64,000 nt of DNA from contig NC_058383.1 in NCBI RefSeq assembly GCF_018350175.1, forward strand, positions 15,564,001-15,628,000, given 5' to 3'. The notes below the pieces were generated by a model. The model saw only the letters and a program-made list of their open reading frames with translations. It did no database searches and had not been told where the DNA came from. The stretch's first letter is position 1. Each line of letters opens with the position of its first letter. Source of the stretch: Felis catus. Lineage: Eukaryota. Shown here in pieces: positions 49,515-62,207 of this stretch. The translations under genes were made by a program, and so were the position numbers.

Positions 49515-50625
49515 TTTTTTTTTTTTCAACGTTTATTTATTTTTGGGACAGAGAGAGACAGAGCATGAACGGGGGAGGGGCAGAGAGAGAGGGAGACACA
49601 CAGAATCGGAAACAGGCTCCAGGCTCTGAGCCATCAGCCCAGAGCCCGACGCGGGGCTCGAACTCACGGACCGTGAGATCGTGACCTGGCTGAAGTCGGA
49701 CGCTTAACCGACTGCGCCACCCAGGCGCCCGATCAAAAGACGTTTTTTTAAAGTTTATTTTATTTAATTATTTTGGGAGAGAGAGAGTGTGCAAGCACAC
49801 AGGGGAGGGGCAGAGAGAGCGGTAGAGAGAATCTCAAGCAGGCTCCGCACTGTCAGCACAGAGCCCTATGCGGGGCTCCAACTCATGAACCATGAGATCA
49901 TGACCTGAGCCAAAATCAAGAGTCAGACACTTAACTGACTTAATCGCACCTTATGAAACTTTTAAAGGACTAAGGGCTATTTAAGCTTAAAAACTGAAGC
50001 AAAATTTTAAAAAGAAAAAGATTCAAATACACAAATTTAAACTTCTATCTAGTTTTTAAAAGGCCCACTTAGAAAATGGAAAGGCAAGGGCACCTGGGTG
50101 GCTCAGTCTGTTAAGCGTCCAACTCTTGATTTTAGCTTAGGTCATGGCCTCACAGTTCGTGAGATTGAGCCCGACACTGGGCTCTGTGCTGACAGTGCAG
50201 AGCCTGCTTGCGATTCTCTTTTCCTTCTCTCTCTCTCTCTCTCAAAATAAATATTTAAAAAAAGAAAATAGGCAAATATTTTAAGAAAATAGGACAATGA
50301 AGTATTTTATCATATTTAAAATTAGATGAATAAAAAGAAACTGTAAATCTCTGATACGCAGGATAAGGATACGAGTAGACCAATCACAAAACATGAAAAG
50401 CTTCTGAGAAACAGAAACAGAATGTCAAAGGGCTTCTGCATTTTATTTTTATTTATTTTTATTAAAGTTTATTCATTTTTGAGAAAGAGAGAGAGAGAGA
50501 CAGAGACAGAGAGAATCCCAAGCAGGCTCCACGTTCAGCACGGAGCCTGATGTGGGGCTTGATCCCACACCGTGAGGTTGAAATCAAGAGTTTAATGCTC
50601 AACCAACTGAGCCACCCAGGAGCCT
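49515..50625. mobile_element. Can-SINEs at 49515-49730 (-, young), ~49743-49945 (-), ~50088-50262 (+), ~50440-50625 (-)
   Basis: Heads and tails; TSD tcaaaagac. Confidence 0.88.
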
Positions 50626-51874
50626 GTGAAGATTTCTGCATTTAAAATTTTGATATATACTACCAAAGTGGCTTCACAAAATGACTGTGTCTATCTACAT
50701 TCCCACCTATTGTGTATTAGAGAATCTACTTTCCTGGAAACTCATAAATAAATACTGTATTACTAATCTTTATTTTGTCCATCTGAAAGGCAAAAAAATA
50801 AATCATTTCTTGTTTTAATATGCACTTCCTAAACCATGTTTAATATTTACTGGTCATTAGCATATCTTCTTTGAAGAATTTAACCATTTGTGTTTTTTGC
50901 TCATTTTTCTGTGTCATCTTTTCTCCTTTATTTTCAGTCGAAGTATAGTTGACATATAATCTTTTTTTTCTCTTTATAAGTGCTCTTTTTATGTCATCTT
51001 TTAGTCCGTCACTTTATGTTATGAAGACACCACTGTTTTAATCAAAGAGTTAATATTTCAAATCTATATCCAAGTTTCACTAACTTTCGTATCATTAAAT
51101 ACATTGCTTCCAAAATGAATGTAAATACCACACAGAGAAGCAGCGGCACAGTTCCAATGTTAAATACAACAAAACAAAGCATCCAAACACTAGCCTGACC
51201 AAATAATTCCAAGTGGTAATCAAACCCATGAAATATAATGTAGAGTTTATACTGCTGGAATGAGCAAAGCCGGCAGAGCAGCATTCTTACAGAATGAGTT
51301 CTTGACAACAATCTTCTATTGTATTAAGTCGCACCCTCTCCAGATAAGTGAAATTATGATTCCAATCTGAGCATGCCACTGCCCAGGCTAACAACTCAAA
51401 CTTGCACACCAAATAAACTGGCTGCTCTGGTCTACTTCCTTCTATGCTCCATCCTCTCTTCCATGGCAGCAGCCAATTCCCCAAAAGGCGAGTTTACTCG
51501 ATAAGTAAATGACCAAACATTCTCTGGCTTAACTCTACTCAAACTAGCAACAAACTGCAACACATAACATGCTTTCAACCACTAACAGCTTTGTTTTTTC
51601 TCAAAGTTCTATCTCAGTTTAGCTTTGCTGCTCAGCATTTCACCCTCAGCCATTTGCTGTGGCTGAGCAAAGTGATACACACACATATATCATAAGAGAA
51701 ATACAAAAAGCAACTAACTGCCTGGATGGAAAATGCATTTATTCAGATTTATTAGCCAGCGCAATGAATTATATATCTGTATTACGTTCTAAGCCTCCAA
51801 GAAGTGTCTTGTGTGTAATAAAAATTTAATCCAATTAATCTGCAGAAATTTTCAAAAGCTAAAACCATACTGTC

Positions 51875-52247
51875 TGTTGTGGGTTAAATTCTGTCCTCAA
51901 AAAAGGTTGAATTCAATACTGTGAATGAAACCTGATTTGGAAATAAGCAGATGTAATTACTGATTTAGGGTGGTCCCTAAATCCAATAACTGGTGTCCTT
52001 ACAAAAAGGCCCTGAAAGACACACAGACATACACACAGAGGCCACATGGCCTCAGAGGCAGAGATCGCAGTGATGTGGCTGCAAGCCAAGGAACTATAAG
52101 ACAACCAGCCAGCATCTCCAGCCTTCAGAGACAACACAGCCCTGCTGACACCTTGGTTTTAGATTTCTAGCCTCCAGAATGATGAGAGAATAAATTTTTG
52201 TTGTTTTAAGCCATCCCATTTGTTTATAGCAGTCCTAGGAAACTATA
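51875..52247 (+). mobile_element. MLT1 (MaLR) solo LTR
   Basis: tgttgtgggttaaattctgtcc..ccctaaatccaataactggtgtcctta..ccctgctgacaccttgg..ttttaagcca. Confidence 0.85.
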
Positions 52248-52364
52248 AAAATCATCCAGTAAGAATTGTAAACTGTAATTGTAAACAAATAATTGAAAGA
52301 AATGAGGTTTCCACAAGTTAACATAGAACTATGGGTTCACAGCATCACTTGCTCTTTATCAACT

Positions 52365-52492
52365 GGATAATCACATCTCCCTCCCAGTTCATGAGAACAG
52401 TCCTGGCTTATGCCTGTTGTCCTAGCGAAAAGGCATCCATTTGATTCTCAAAAGTCATCTGCTCTGGATAATAAATTACACTGTCATCTTAT
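52365..52492 (-). mobile_element. hAT-Blackjack MER94/MER81-like fragment
   Basis: cagtcctggcttatgcctgttgtcc..ctcaaaagt..ggataataaatta. Confidence 0.5.
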
Positions 52493-52879
52493 TTATGAAC
52501 AAGCCTAGAAAACCCTCCTGCAGTCCACCTTCAAACTCCATCCTGTTCAAATAGCATCTGACTCCCTTTAGCCCACTGACAGATTAATTCTATCCCTCTG
52601 GTTCTTACAGCGTTTTATATATACAGCTATTATAATACACTCTATTACAATAACTTGCTTATGTGGCCATTCCACATACACAGACACAGCATAGCACTGT
52701 TCTGCCAGGAACAGAGTGAGTAATCCATACATATTTCCTAAATTTATTAAATGATTTATTCAGAAGACCAACAAAGTACCTGCATAGACCATTTTCTTTC
52801 ACTTCTGTCCCATGTACACTCTCCAGGGCCCACTGCAGGTAAGAGTCGAAAATTAAACAGCAAAATGACTAACTTACAA

Positions 52880-53062
52880 AGCAGGTGTTCTCAAATTTTA
52901 GCATGCATCAGTAGCACATGGAGGACTTGTTAAAGCACAGAGTACTTCTTGGCTCCCGACCCACAGTTTCTGATTCAGGGGGTCAGGGGTAGGGCCAGAG
53001 AATCTACATTCCTAAGAAGTTCCCAGGTGATGTGGCTAAGGATTACTCTTGGAGAACCACTG
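52880..53062. mobile_element. MER5A-like MITE
   Basis: gttctcaaattttagcatgcatcag..tttctgattcag..aagttcccaggtgatg..ggagaaccactg. Confidence 0.75.
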
Positions 53063-53139
53063 TGATAAAGTAAGCATAACAATTGTTAAAAGATTAATTT
53101 CTTCTCATGATTTCATTACTAGTGGGAGAATTTATTTTC

Positions 53140-55709
53140 TGAATACGATGGAGTAGCTTGTGGCAGACCAACACTCCTACTGAGAATGAAAAAAGCTAGA
53201 TACATTTTTTAAATCAATGTTTAAAGGCATCAAAAAACAGATGAAGCGATCAAGACTAGAAGCCTCTGGATTCTGGAAAAAGAGACGAATGGTAGAGAAA
53301 CAAAGTGACATTTTGTGGACACTTTTTCACCAAGTACATTTGCTGATTTGGGGGCAAAAGGCTGAGAATCCAGACTACAGACAGAGGAACCACGAGAGCT
53401 TTTGGAAGAGATGAAACAAAGGCAAGAATCAAGGAGCCAAAATCCCAGGGAAAGTGGAGAGTCAAAGAGCCAGAAAGATCTAACACAAGGCTGGTTTTTC
53501 CCTAAGGACATTTACCAAGTTCTGCAGCTGCACAGAGAGGACTTCAAAACAAAACTGAAAACGTCTGAAAATCAAAAGTGGAATTTTCAGGGGAGCCCAG
53601 CTGGCTCAGTTGGTAGAGCATGCAACTCTTGATTTGGGGTTGTAAGTTCGAGCCCCACGTTGGGTGTAGAGATTACTTAAAAATAAAATCTTTAAAGAAA
53701 AAAAAGAGTAGAATTTTCAGTAATCTCACTGTTCTCAAGAGACAAAGATTACAGCATAGAAACCACCAGGGGAAGAGATGCCTGTGAATTCACTAAACTA
53801 TCAGTTGGAAGCCCCAGATGGTAGTGGTAAAGGCAAACCAGAAGGAAACCTAGCCTTATCAACCCAGCAACACAATCTCAACCATTAGCTCAATCCCTAA
53901 AAGGATTAGATGATAAGTCCCTACTCTACCTGGCTAGCAAAAGGGAGGAGACATTTCCTCTCTAAAACAATAGCACTGAGGTGCCTGGGTGGCTCAGTTG
54001 GCTAAGTGACCAGCTCTTGATTTCTGTACCAATGGCACACAGCCTGCTTGGGATGTGCTCTCTCTCTCTCTCTCAAAAATAAATAAATAGGGGCGCCTGG
54101 GTGGCGCAGTCGGTTGAGCGTCCGACTTCAGCCAGGTCACGATCTCACGGTCCGTGAGTTCGAGCCCCGCGTCGGGCTCTGGGCTGATGGCTCAGAGCCT
54201 GGAGCCTGTTTCCGATTCTGTGTCTCCCTCTCTCTCTGCCCCTCCCCCGTTCATGCTCTGTCTCTCTCTGTCCCAAAAATAAATAAAAACGTTGAAAAAA
54301 AAAAATTTAAAAGCCTGTTTAAAAAATAAATAAATAAATAAATAAACTTAAAAAAAAAAAGAACAGCATCATCTGGAGCTTCATTTTATTCACAACACCC
54401 AGCATTTACCTAACTAAAAGCCAAAAAGAAAAAAACAGATGCTCAGATGATCCAGACAATGGAGTTAACAGAAAGACTTTTATTTTATTTTAATTTTTTA
54501 GAGACAGAAAGAAATCCCAGGAGGGGGAGGGGAGAGAGGGAGAGAAGGAGAGAGGAACAAGGAGAGAGGGAGACAGGAAAAGAGGGAGAGAGGGAGAGAT
54601 GCAGAGAGAGAGAGGGAGCAAGGGAGAAGCAGGGCATGAACTTACCTGATGCAGGACTCAAACTCATGCACCATGAGATCATGACCTGAGCTGAAGCTGG
54701 ATGTTTAACCAACTGAGCCAACCCAGGCACCCCAAAAGAAAGACTTTTAGGAGCACCTGGGTTGGCTCAGTTGGCTAAGCATCCAACTTCAGTTTAGGTC
54801 ATGATCTCACTGTTTGTAAGTTCAAGTCCTGCATAGGGCTCTGTGGTGACAGCTCAGAGCCTGGAACCTGTTTCAGATTCTGTCTCTGTCTCTGTCTCTC
54901 TCTAGCTCTCCCCCTCCCCGCTCATGCTCTGTCTCTCTCTCTCTCTTTCTCTCTCAAAAAATAAAATAAACAATAAAAAAAAAAAAAGAAAGACTTTTAA
55001 ATAATGATAGCTATTTAAATTCCCTATTTAAAAATATAGGTAAAAAATAAATTTAAAATAGGTGAAAAAAAGAGGGTAAGAACATACTTTAAAAATGAAG
55101 AATTTCAACTGAGAATTGTAATCTATAAGAATTGAACTGAAATGCTAGATCTGAAAAGTATAATAACTAAAATTAAGAATTCAAAAGGTAGATTTAACAA
55201 CAGACCAGGCCTAGCAGATGAGAGGATTAGAAACTGGAACCCAAGTCAATAAAATACATCCAAACAGAAGCAGAGAGAAAAATTAATAGGAAACACAGGG
55301 GCAGGAGGAGGGCAGTGTAAAGAGAATGAGGAACACTGTGGAAAAGTCTACCAAATATGTAACTGGAGTCCCTCAAAAGAAGAGGAAAGAATGAATAAGA
55401 CAGAACCAATATTAAAAGCAAGAACCAGGGCACCTGGGTGGCTCAGTCAGTCGACTGTCCAATTCTTGATTTTGGCTCAGGTCATGATCTCATGGGTTCA
55501 TGAATCAAGCCCCTCGTCAGGCTCTGTGCTGAGTGTGGAGCCTGCTTAAGATTCTCTCTCCCCCTCTGCCCTTCTCATCTGCTCCCACATGTGCTCTCTC
55601 TCTTTAAAACAAAATTAAAAAAATAAATAAAAGGAAAGAATGAAAATTTCAAAATTGATGAAAAGACAACCCACAAATCCAAGAAATTCTGGGAACCTAA
55701 AAGCAGAAA

Positions 55710-55755
<46 letters not shown>

Positions 55756-57010
55756 TATAGCATACTTAAAATGTTGATAATCAAAAACAAAGAGAAACTT
55801 TTTAAAGTAACCAGTGGGAAAGAAGCACATTGCTTTCATAGGTGCAACAATAAAACTAACAGCTAAATTCTCAAAGAAACCATAAAAGCCATAAGACAAC
55901 AGAATGACCTCTTAAAAAGTGCTGTAAAAAGAAAATGCCCACCTAGAATGTGGTGCTCAGTGACTATTTCCTTTAAAAATAAAGGCAGAATAAGACATTT
56001 ACAGACAAACAAAAACTGAAACAATTCACTATGGGCCCACTTGCATTAGAAGAAATACCAGAGGGAACTCTTCAAATGGGAAGAAAAATTAGCCTATTCC
56101 AAAGAGAAACACAGAAATACATACAGGAAGGGACGAAGAGTAATGGAAACAGTAAATATGTAAGTAAATCCACACAAATACTGATTATATAATGCAACAA
56201 AGCAGGAAAACGACAAACTGAGTTGTACCTAAAGTTCTAGCATTACTGGAGAAGCGATAAAAGTTGTAATTTGTATTAGACTGCAGTAAGTCAAGGGTAT
56301 ATATTACAATTGCTAGTATAATCACAAAAAGAATAGTGAAAGAATGTGTAACTAAGCAATTACTATAAGGAAAATATTAAATAATTAAATAATAAATAAT
56401 CCAAGAGGGGCGCCTGGGTGGCTCAGTCGGTTGAGCCTCCGACTTTGGCTCAGGTCATGATCTCACTGTTCGTGAGTCCGAGCCCCGCATCGGGCTCTGG
56501 GCTGATGGCTCAGAGCCTGGAGCCTGCTTTGGATTCTGTCTCCCTTTCTCATCTGCTCCTTCCCTGCTTGCACTCTGTCTCTCTCTCTCTCTCTCTCTCA
56601 AAAATAAATAAGCATTAAAAAAAATTAAAAAAAAAAATCCAAGAGATGGCAAGAAAAAAGGAAAAGGGAATGAAACTGGTGAGTCAAAAAGAAAACTTAC
56701 CAAAAGATGGTAGATCTAACACGAAATATAGTGACAATCGCATTACATGAAAATGGACTAAATATTCTAATTTAAATACTAAAATAGACTAAAGAAAAAA
56801 AACCTAAATTCAATCATCATGATGCTTTCAAGGACAAAATTAAAAAAACAGAAATTATAAGGACGGAAAAATATACAGCATGCAACACTTACCAAAAGAA
56901 AGCTAGTAAAGCTATACTGATATACAAAGGGGACTTGAAGGCAAAAAGCACTACTAATGATTAAAAGATAAATAACAGTGCTAATCCACCAAGAAAATTC
57001 TAATGTAAGC
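53140..57010 (+). mobile_element. Old L1M (5' UTR, ORF1, ORF2 start) with many Can-SINE insertions: ~53589, ~53979, 54090 (young), 54483 (-), 54750, ~55427, ~56407; (CA)n at 55711-55752
   Basis: ORF1-like degenerate translation (ITKIKNSKGRFNNR..., ICNWSP...) at about 55.1-56.0 kb; SINE heads and tails. Confidence 0.7.
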
Positions 57011-57201
57011 AAAGTGGTTAGAAATTAGTAATCACTGGGAGCTAAGAAGCATACCCTTACCAATGACCTTGAAGGCCAATACAAAACAACTGCTGCAACC
57101 AACTCTTTTTAGAAAAATCTATGGCAGCTCAAAGGGTAGAACTACACATTAACATAGAGCATAAATACCAGACTTCTTGGCAATACGATAAAACTCACAC
57201 A

Positions 57202-57395
57202 GGGGCACCTGGGTGGCTCAGTCGATTGAGGATCCAACTTTGGCTCAGGTTGTGATCTTGTGAGTTCAAGCCCCACACCAGGCTCGCTGCTGTCAGTGCA
57301 GAGCCTGCTTCAGATTCTCTGTCCCCCTCTCTCTTTGCCCCTTCCCCACCTGCGCACGCTCGCTCGCACATTCTCTCTCCAAAAAAATGAAAAAC
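57202..57395 (+). mobile_element. Can-SINE
   Basis: GGGGCACCTGGGTGGCTCAG head and A-tail. Confidence 0.88.
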
Positions 57396-57724
57396 AAACC
57401 TCATGCATATACCTTATGTGAATTCTGAAATGCTTAAACTAGTAAACAGTTTTTTTACCACAAAATAAAAGGTAGACAATTTTACAAACAAACATTAATA
57501 AAGATCAGAAGATATTCTGGGGTAATAAAATGTTTACTAGACTGAGTAGTTTGATAAGGTTCATATCTATAAAATTCATATCTATAAAAACTAGACTTCC
57601 TGAAATTAAACCCTCAGAAAAAGGAAAAAACAAAACTTAAAAAAAAAAACTCAGATTCTTCTTCTCCAAATATAGCTCAAGTGTTGATTGAAGCATGAAA
57701 CTGAAATCTTTGCATTATACTTAC

Positions 57725-57747
57725 CTAAATGGCAGACTCACCATCAT
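57725..57747 (-). CDS. RABGEF1: Candidate coding part of an alternative upstream RABGEF1 exon (N-terminal extension MMVSLPFSRKK-)
   Basis: ATG ATG GTG AGT CTG CCA TTT AG|GTAAGT, a consensus donor. Spliced to the exon 2 TAG or CAG acceptor, it reads in frame into the main ATG. It resembles a human isoform N-terminus recalled from memory (MMASSYHEVVSRKK-). The 5' boundary is unknown. Confidence 0.5.
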
Positions 57748-58513
57748 AACAATTAGTGGTTTTGTTTGGGGCTGGAACTGGCTAGGCCTAGAATCCAACC
57801 TCCTGATTAGCTTTTCTGTTAGAATCTAAGAACTTTAAACTTCAAAAGATCTCAGCTTATTTCTCAAGCCCTATTTTATTTACATATAAATAAAATACTA
57901 AGTTGAGATTTTTATTTTCTAACTTATTTATTCAATTATGAGACCAAAGTACTAGAAAGACAAAAATTTTCTTCCCTCTCCTCCCTCCCTCTCTCTTTCT
58001 TTTTTGGTAGCCCATACAGGGATTGGCAAGATCTTCTTCAAAGAAATAGCCTATAACTTCTTATGGGTAACAACAAAAAGTATCTGCAATTTTGTTCTCA
58101 AGTATGTCCAAGAACAAAAGTAGGCTCTTTGGAGAAAGTTGTGTCCACATATATTTGATATTCAAAGAACATCAGCAGTTAGCACAGGGTATGAAAACAC
58201 TTTGCCATCTGATTATTCCTCATAAATGGTACTTAAGATGTGTCCACCCATGACTACACAACATTTAAAGCCCTAGAGTAATAATAACATCTATATACAC
58301 TTACCACACCACGAGAACAACTGCAATGGGTAATTAATTAATATAAAGATATAATCCATCTTGCTAAGTAGAAGCCAAGGATATTACTTCCGGAGACACT
58401 AATTATAATGGATTTTAGACATTTTATTTCATCAGCCTACAGTTTTATTTTTTCTTTTCACATTTTTTATTTGCATTCTTCTTATAATATCCTACTCAAA
58501 ACTGTGGTCACTA

Positions 58514-58747
58514 GGGGCGCCTGGGTGGCGCAGTCGGTTAAGCGTCCGACTTCAGCCAGGTCACGATCTCACGGTCCGTGAGTTCGAGCCCCGCGTCGGA
58601 CTCTGGGCTGATGGCTCAGAGCCTGGAGCCTGTTTCAAATTCTGTGTCTCCCTCTCTCTCTGCCCCTCCCCCGTTCATGCTCTGTCTCTCTCTGTCCCAA
58701 AAATAAATAAACGTTGAAAAAAAAAATTATAAAAAAAAAACAACACA
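58514..58747 (+). mobile_element. Young felid SINEC_Fc-type SINE
   Basis: Near consensus; TSD aaaactgtggtcacta. Confidence 0.93.
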
Positions 58748-59569
58748 AAAACTGTGGTCACTAGCCCAACTTATTTTTCAGGAACATGTTTAAAAAACAA
58801 TGTCAAAAGTGATATGGAAATGCAATTAAGGAACCATTAAGTTACATAACTACATTTAGGCAACAACAGTTCCACCCATTGTTTACTGATGAAAGGTGAA
58901 TAAGGATGTTCTCCATTCTCTAGTTTCAGAGGCTAGGTCACAATTTACAATATACTATAGGAACTGTATTATAATACTTCAAACAAAACAAAACAATCTG
59001 GAATTACCTGAAACAGCTACATATGAAAATGCACAATAAATGATGGTTTACTTATCTGTACAACTCTAATGCAATACAATTCCTAACAACAAAATGAGAG
59101 TTAAGAACACATACACCTAGTAATGGCATTACAAAACTATAACCTAAGTTCATCTCAAATCACAGCAGTGAGATCACCAGCTTAAGTTTTACTCTAAAAT
59201 TTAAATACATATCTCTTTTTCTAGAATGGTACACTATCTTTATAAACATCATTGTGACTTTCCTGATCTTGAGATAAATTCAGAGCAAACACAAAGAAAA
59301 AATATACGCATTTTAGATGCAAACAAACACGTAAAATAATATCGCCACTCTGCCAATCCCGATTGATGCTTAGAAGACTCCCCACTCCCCAGCTTTACAA
59401 AGTACAGCCAAATGACTTGAAGTTGTACCTCCCTGACCATTATTTGGATAGGAAGATCCTGTGAAAGGCCTTTTAGTAATGGTGGGTTCCAATACTTGCC
59501 AATGTGCTTACCTCTATTAACTGTATATGTCTGTTCCCGCCTTGGGAGCTCATGGTCCAGTCTGCTGCA

Positions 59570-59800
59570 GGTTAATATAAAGTCATGGTTAGGTGCAGAC
59601 CACTGAGTTGGTTGGACTACCTGAGTTCAAATCTCCATCACCTCTTGTATGACCTGAAACAAGTTACTACTCTGAACCACATTTCTTTATATTTTTAAGA
59701 AGGAGGGTGAAGGGAAAGGACAACATTGAGATAATGCATGTCAAGGGCTTATTACTTGCACAGTGCCTGGCCCACGCTAGCACTTGATAAATTTGAACTA
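59570..59800 (+). mobile_element. MIR SINE
   Basis: ctacctgagttcaaatctc..tgacctgaaacaagttact..gagataatgcatgt..cagtgcctggc. Confidence 0.65.
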
Positions 59801-60315
59801 TAGCCAATGTTCTCTATGCTGGAGCTAACACCCCCAACCTACTTCCAGAAATGAATCTTAGGTCTCTGTCTGGTATTCCCTAAGTCCATCTGTATGTGGA
59901 GGTGAGGTGACTTTCATTTAAGTATTCGTCCTTGTCAGACTCCTCCATTTTCACACTCCCCATGAAAAATATGGCTCTGTGATTAGACAACATAAAACGA
60001 CAACATAAAAAATAAATGTACTTGAGGGACTTGTCAGGAAGCACAAACTCAAATCCCTGATTTGCTGATAACTTTATAACAAAAAGCTCCATTGAGAAAC
60101 AAAATATTTATGGAAGAGAACCTAAAGAATGTACAGTCCCCATCTACTTATCTAGAGCATCTAAAACAGATCCTTAAATTAAATCACTGTAGAAATCTAC
60201 ATACTTAGATCACATTATTTTGCCAGCACCAGAACTGCTTTTACTGAATTATGTTTTGTCATCAACCTACACAATGAGGCAACAAAGAATTTTAATTAAA
60301 AAACAAAGTAAAACG

Positions 60316-60545
60316 AGGGCGCCTGGGTGGCTCAGTCAGTTAAGCATCTGACTTCGGCTCAGGTCATGATCTTGTGGTTCCTGAGTTCAAACCCCATATC
60401 GGGCTCTGTGCTGATGGTTCAGAGCCTGGAGCCTGCTTTGGATCCTGTGTCTCCCTCTCTGCCTCGCTCCCACTCGCGCTCTGTGTCTGTCTGTCTGTCT
60501 CTGTCTCTCAAAAATAAGACATTAAACAAAATTAAAAAAAAAAAC
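60316..60545 (+). mobile_element. Can-SINE
   Basis: TSD aaaaacaaagtaaaac. Confidence 0.9.
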
Positions 60546-62006
60546 AAAAAACAAAGTAAAACACAATACAGCCTTTTGAAATGCATGCTGTTATTTGCTT
60601 AAGGATGTAGCTAAGAAATCTGTCAATACAAGGAGTCTGGGAATCCAAAGAGAAACTGGTCTTTTATCTTATGATCATTGAATTATACAACTGATTATAT
60701 CGCTTTCTGAATAGGCTACTAAAAGGCAGAGTCAAATTTGTAGCCCTCTAACAAATACTTAAGATTTCAGTCCAAGGACCTTGTGCACATATCTCATTCC
60801 ATCTCAATGAAGATCTTACAGACCTCAGTTTTCATCTTAATTTTTCTCCCTCCGTGCTAAATTCATCACCTCCTTATTTCTGTATGTTCTCAATAACATG
60901 TTGTATCTTTGTAAGTAATTATGAATCCTTTCTGGAACACGATGTGATATAAGTAAATGACATGCTCCATTTAAAAAACATTACAGCACAATAAGATACT
61001 TTCTTCCAGTAATAAGCATTTTATGAGTTCAATTTCTAAAGGCATTACCTTTTTTTTTGTGCTCCAAAAAAAAAAAAAGAAAGAAAGAAAGAAAGAAATA
61101 TTGCAAATACTGTGTCTAAAATTAGGAAATTCTAACAACAGGAACTACAAAAATAAAACTTTCATTATGTATTTTTAACTTTGAAGCACACAGAAAATTA
61201 CAAATATATCTCATGTAAAAATCCCCCCAAAGTCATGTTTAATTTTAAAACACAGACCAAATCACCATAAATGCAATTTCAATGATTTATTCTGAATGAA
61301 GGGAACTAGAGAGATTAGCTTCAAAGATGATTCAAAAGGAGGAGCTTCAATTCCTTCTGTGCTGCCCTGTGCCTGGCACAGAGGATGCTGCCAACCATAC
61401 CTTAAGGTGAGACCACACAGAATTCAGGGCCCCAAAGACTCCTGCTACACTCCTGCTTTAGGCATTGTGCTACGGCCCTCTTTCAGGGATTTTAGCAATC
61501 TCCTTGATGTCATTTGAGGAAAATAAAAAGCTTAAGACTCTTAGTGTGTGCAATTTAACCCATTCATGAACTCATACTCTGATCATAACTTCTGACTTCT
61601 AACCACATACTTATCTAACTGATGATAATTACAGTTCTTTGCCCTCCTAGTGACCATAAACAAGGAAGCTATGCTACCAGAAACATGAAAAAAGGTGCTA
61701 CTGTACAATAAAAATTATACTTTCTACCCCACCAATAGGAACTTCATCAAACACAGGAATCTCACAGGGTAACTTGGAAGCCGCATCATAAGAGTACAGC
61801 TTTTTCTTAAAGCATTTTAGGAGCTTTATTCAAATATCAAGCAAATAAAATATAAGTTACATAATATCAAGTGGGATGAAGGTAAGTCCACTGTTGTTTC
61901 TCCTAAGTGTTTATCCGATGATACTCTAAATTATTTCCAATCATAACAGTCATATGAAATATACATAATGTTTCAACGACGCTTTATGACAAAAATAAGC
62001 ATTTCA

Positions 62007-62207
62007 ACGTTAATTTATTTTTGGGACAGAGAGAGACAGAGCATGAACGGGGGAGGGGCAGAGAGAGAGGGAGACACAGAATCGGAAACAGGCTCCAGGC
62101 TCTGAGCCATCAGCCCAGAGCCTGATGCGGGGCTCGAACTCACGGACTGCGAGATCGTGACCTGGCTGAAGTCGGACGCTTAACCGACTGCGCCACCCAG
62201 GCGCCCC
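62007..62207 (-). mobile_element. Young felid SINEC_Fc-type SINE lacking a poly(A) tail
   Basis: Near-consensus body; TSD caaaaataagcatttca at 61990-62006 and 62208-62224. Confidence 0.92.

Noticed and set aside
51240..51720. Repeat-free stretch that might be an enhancer or alternative promoter (donor-like CT|GTAAGA near 51289)
   Set aside because: It cannot be supported without conservation or chromatin data.
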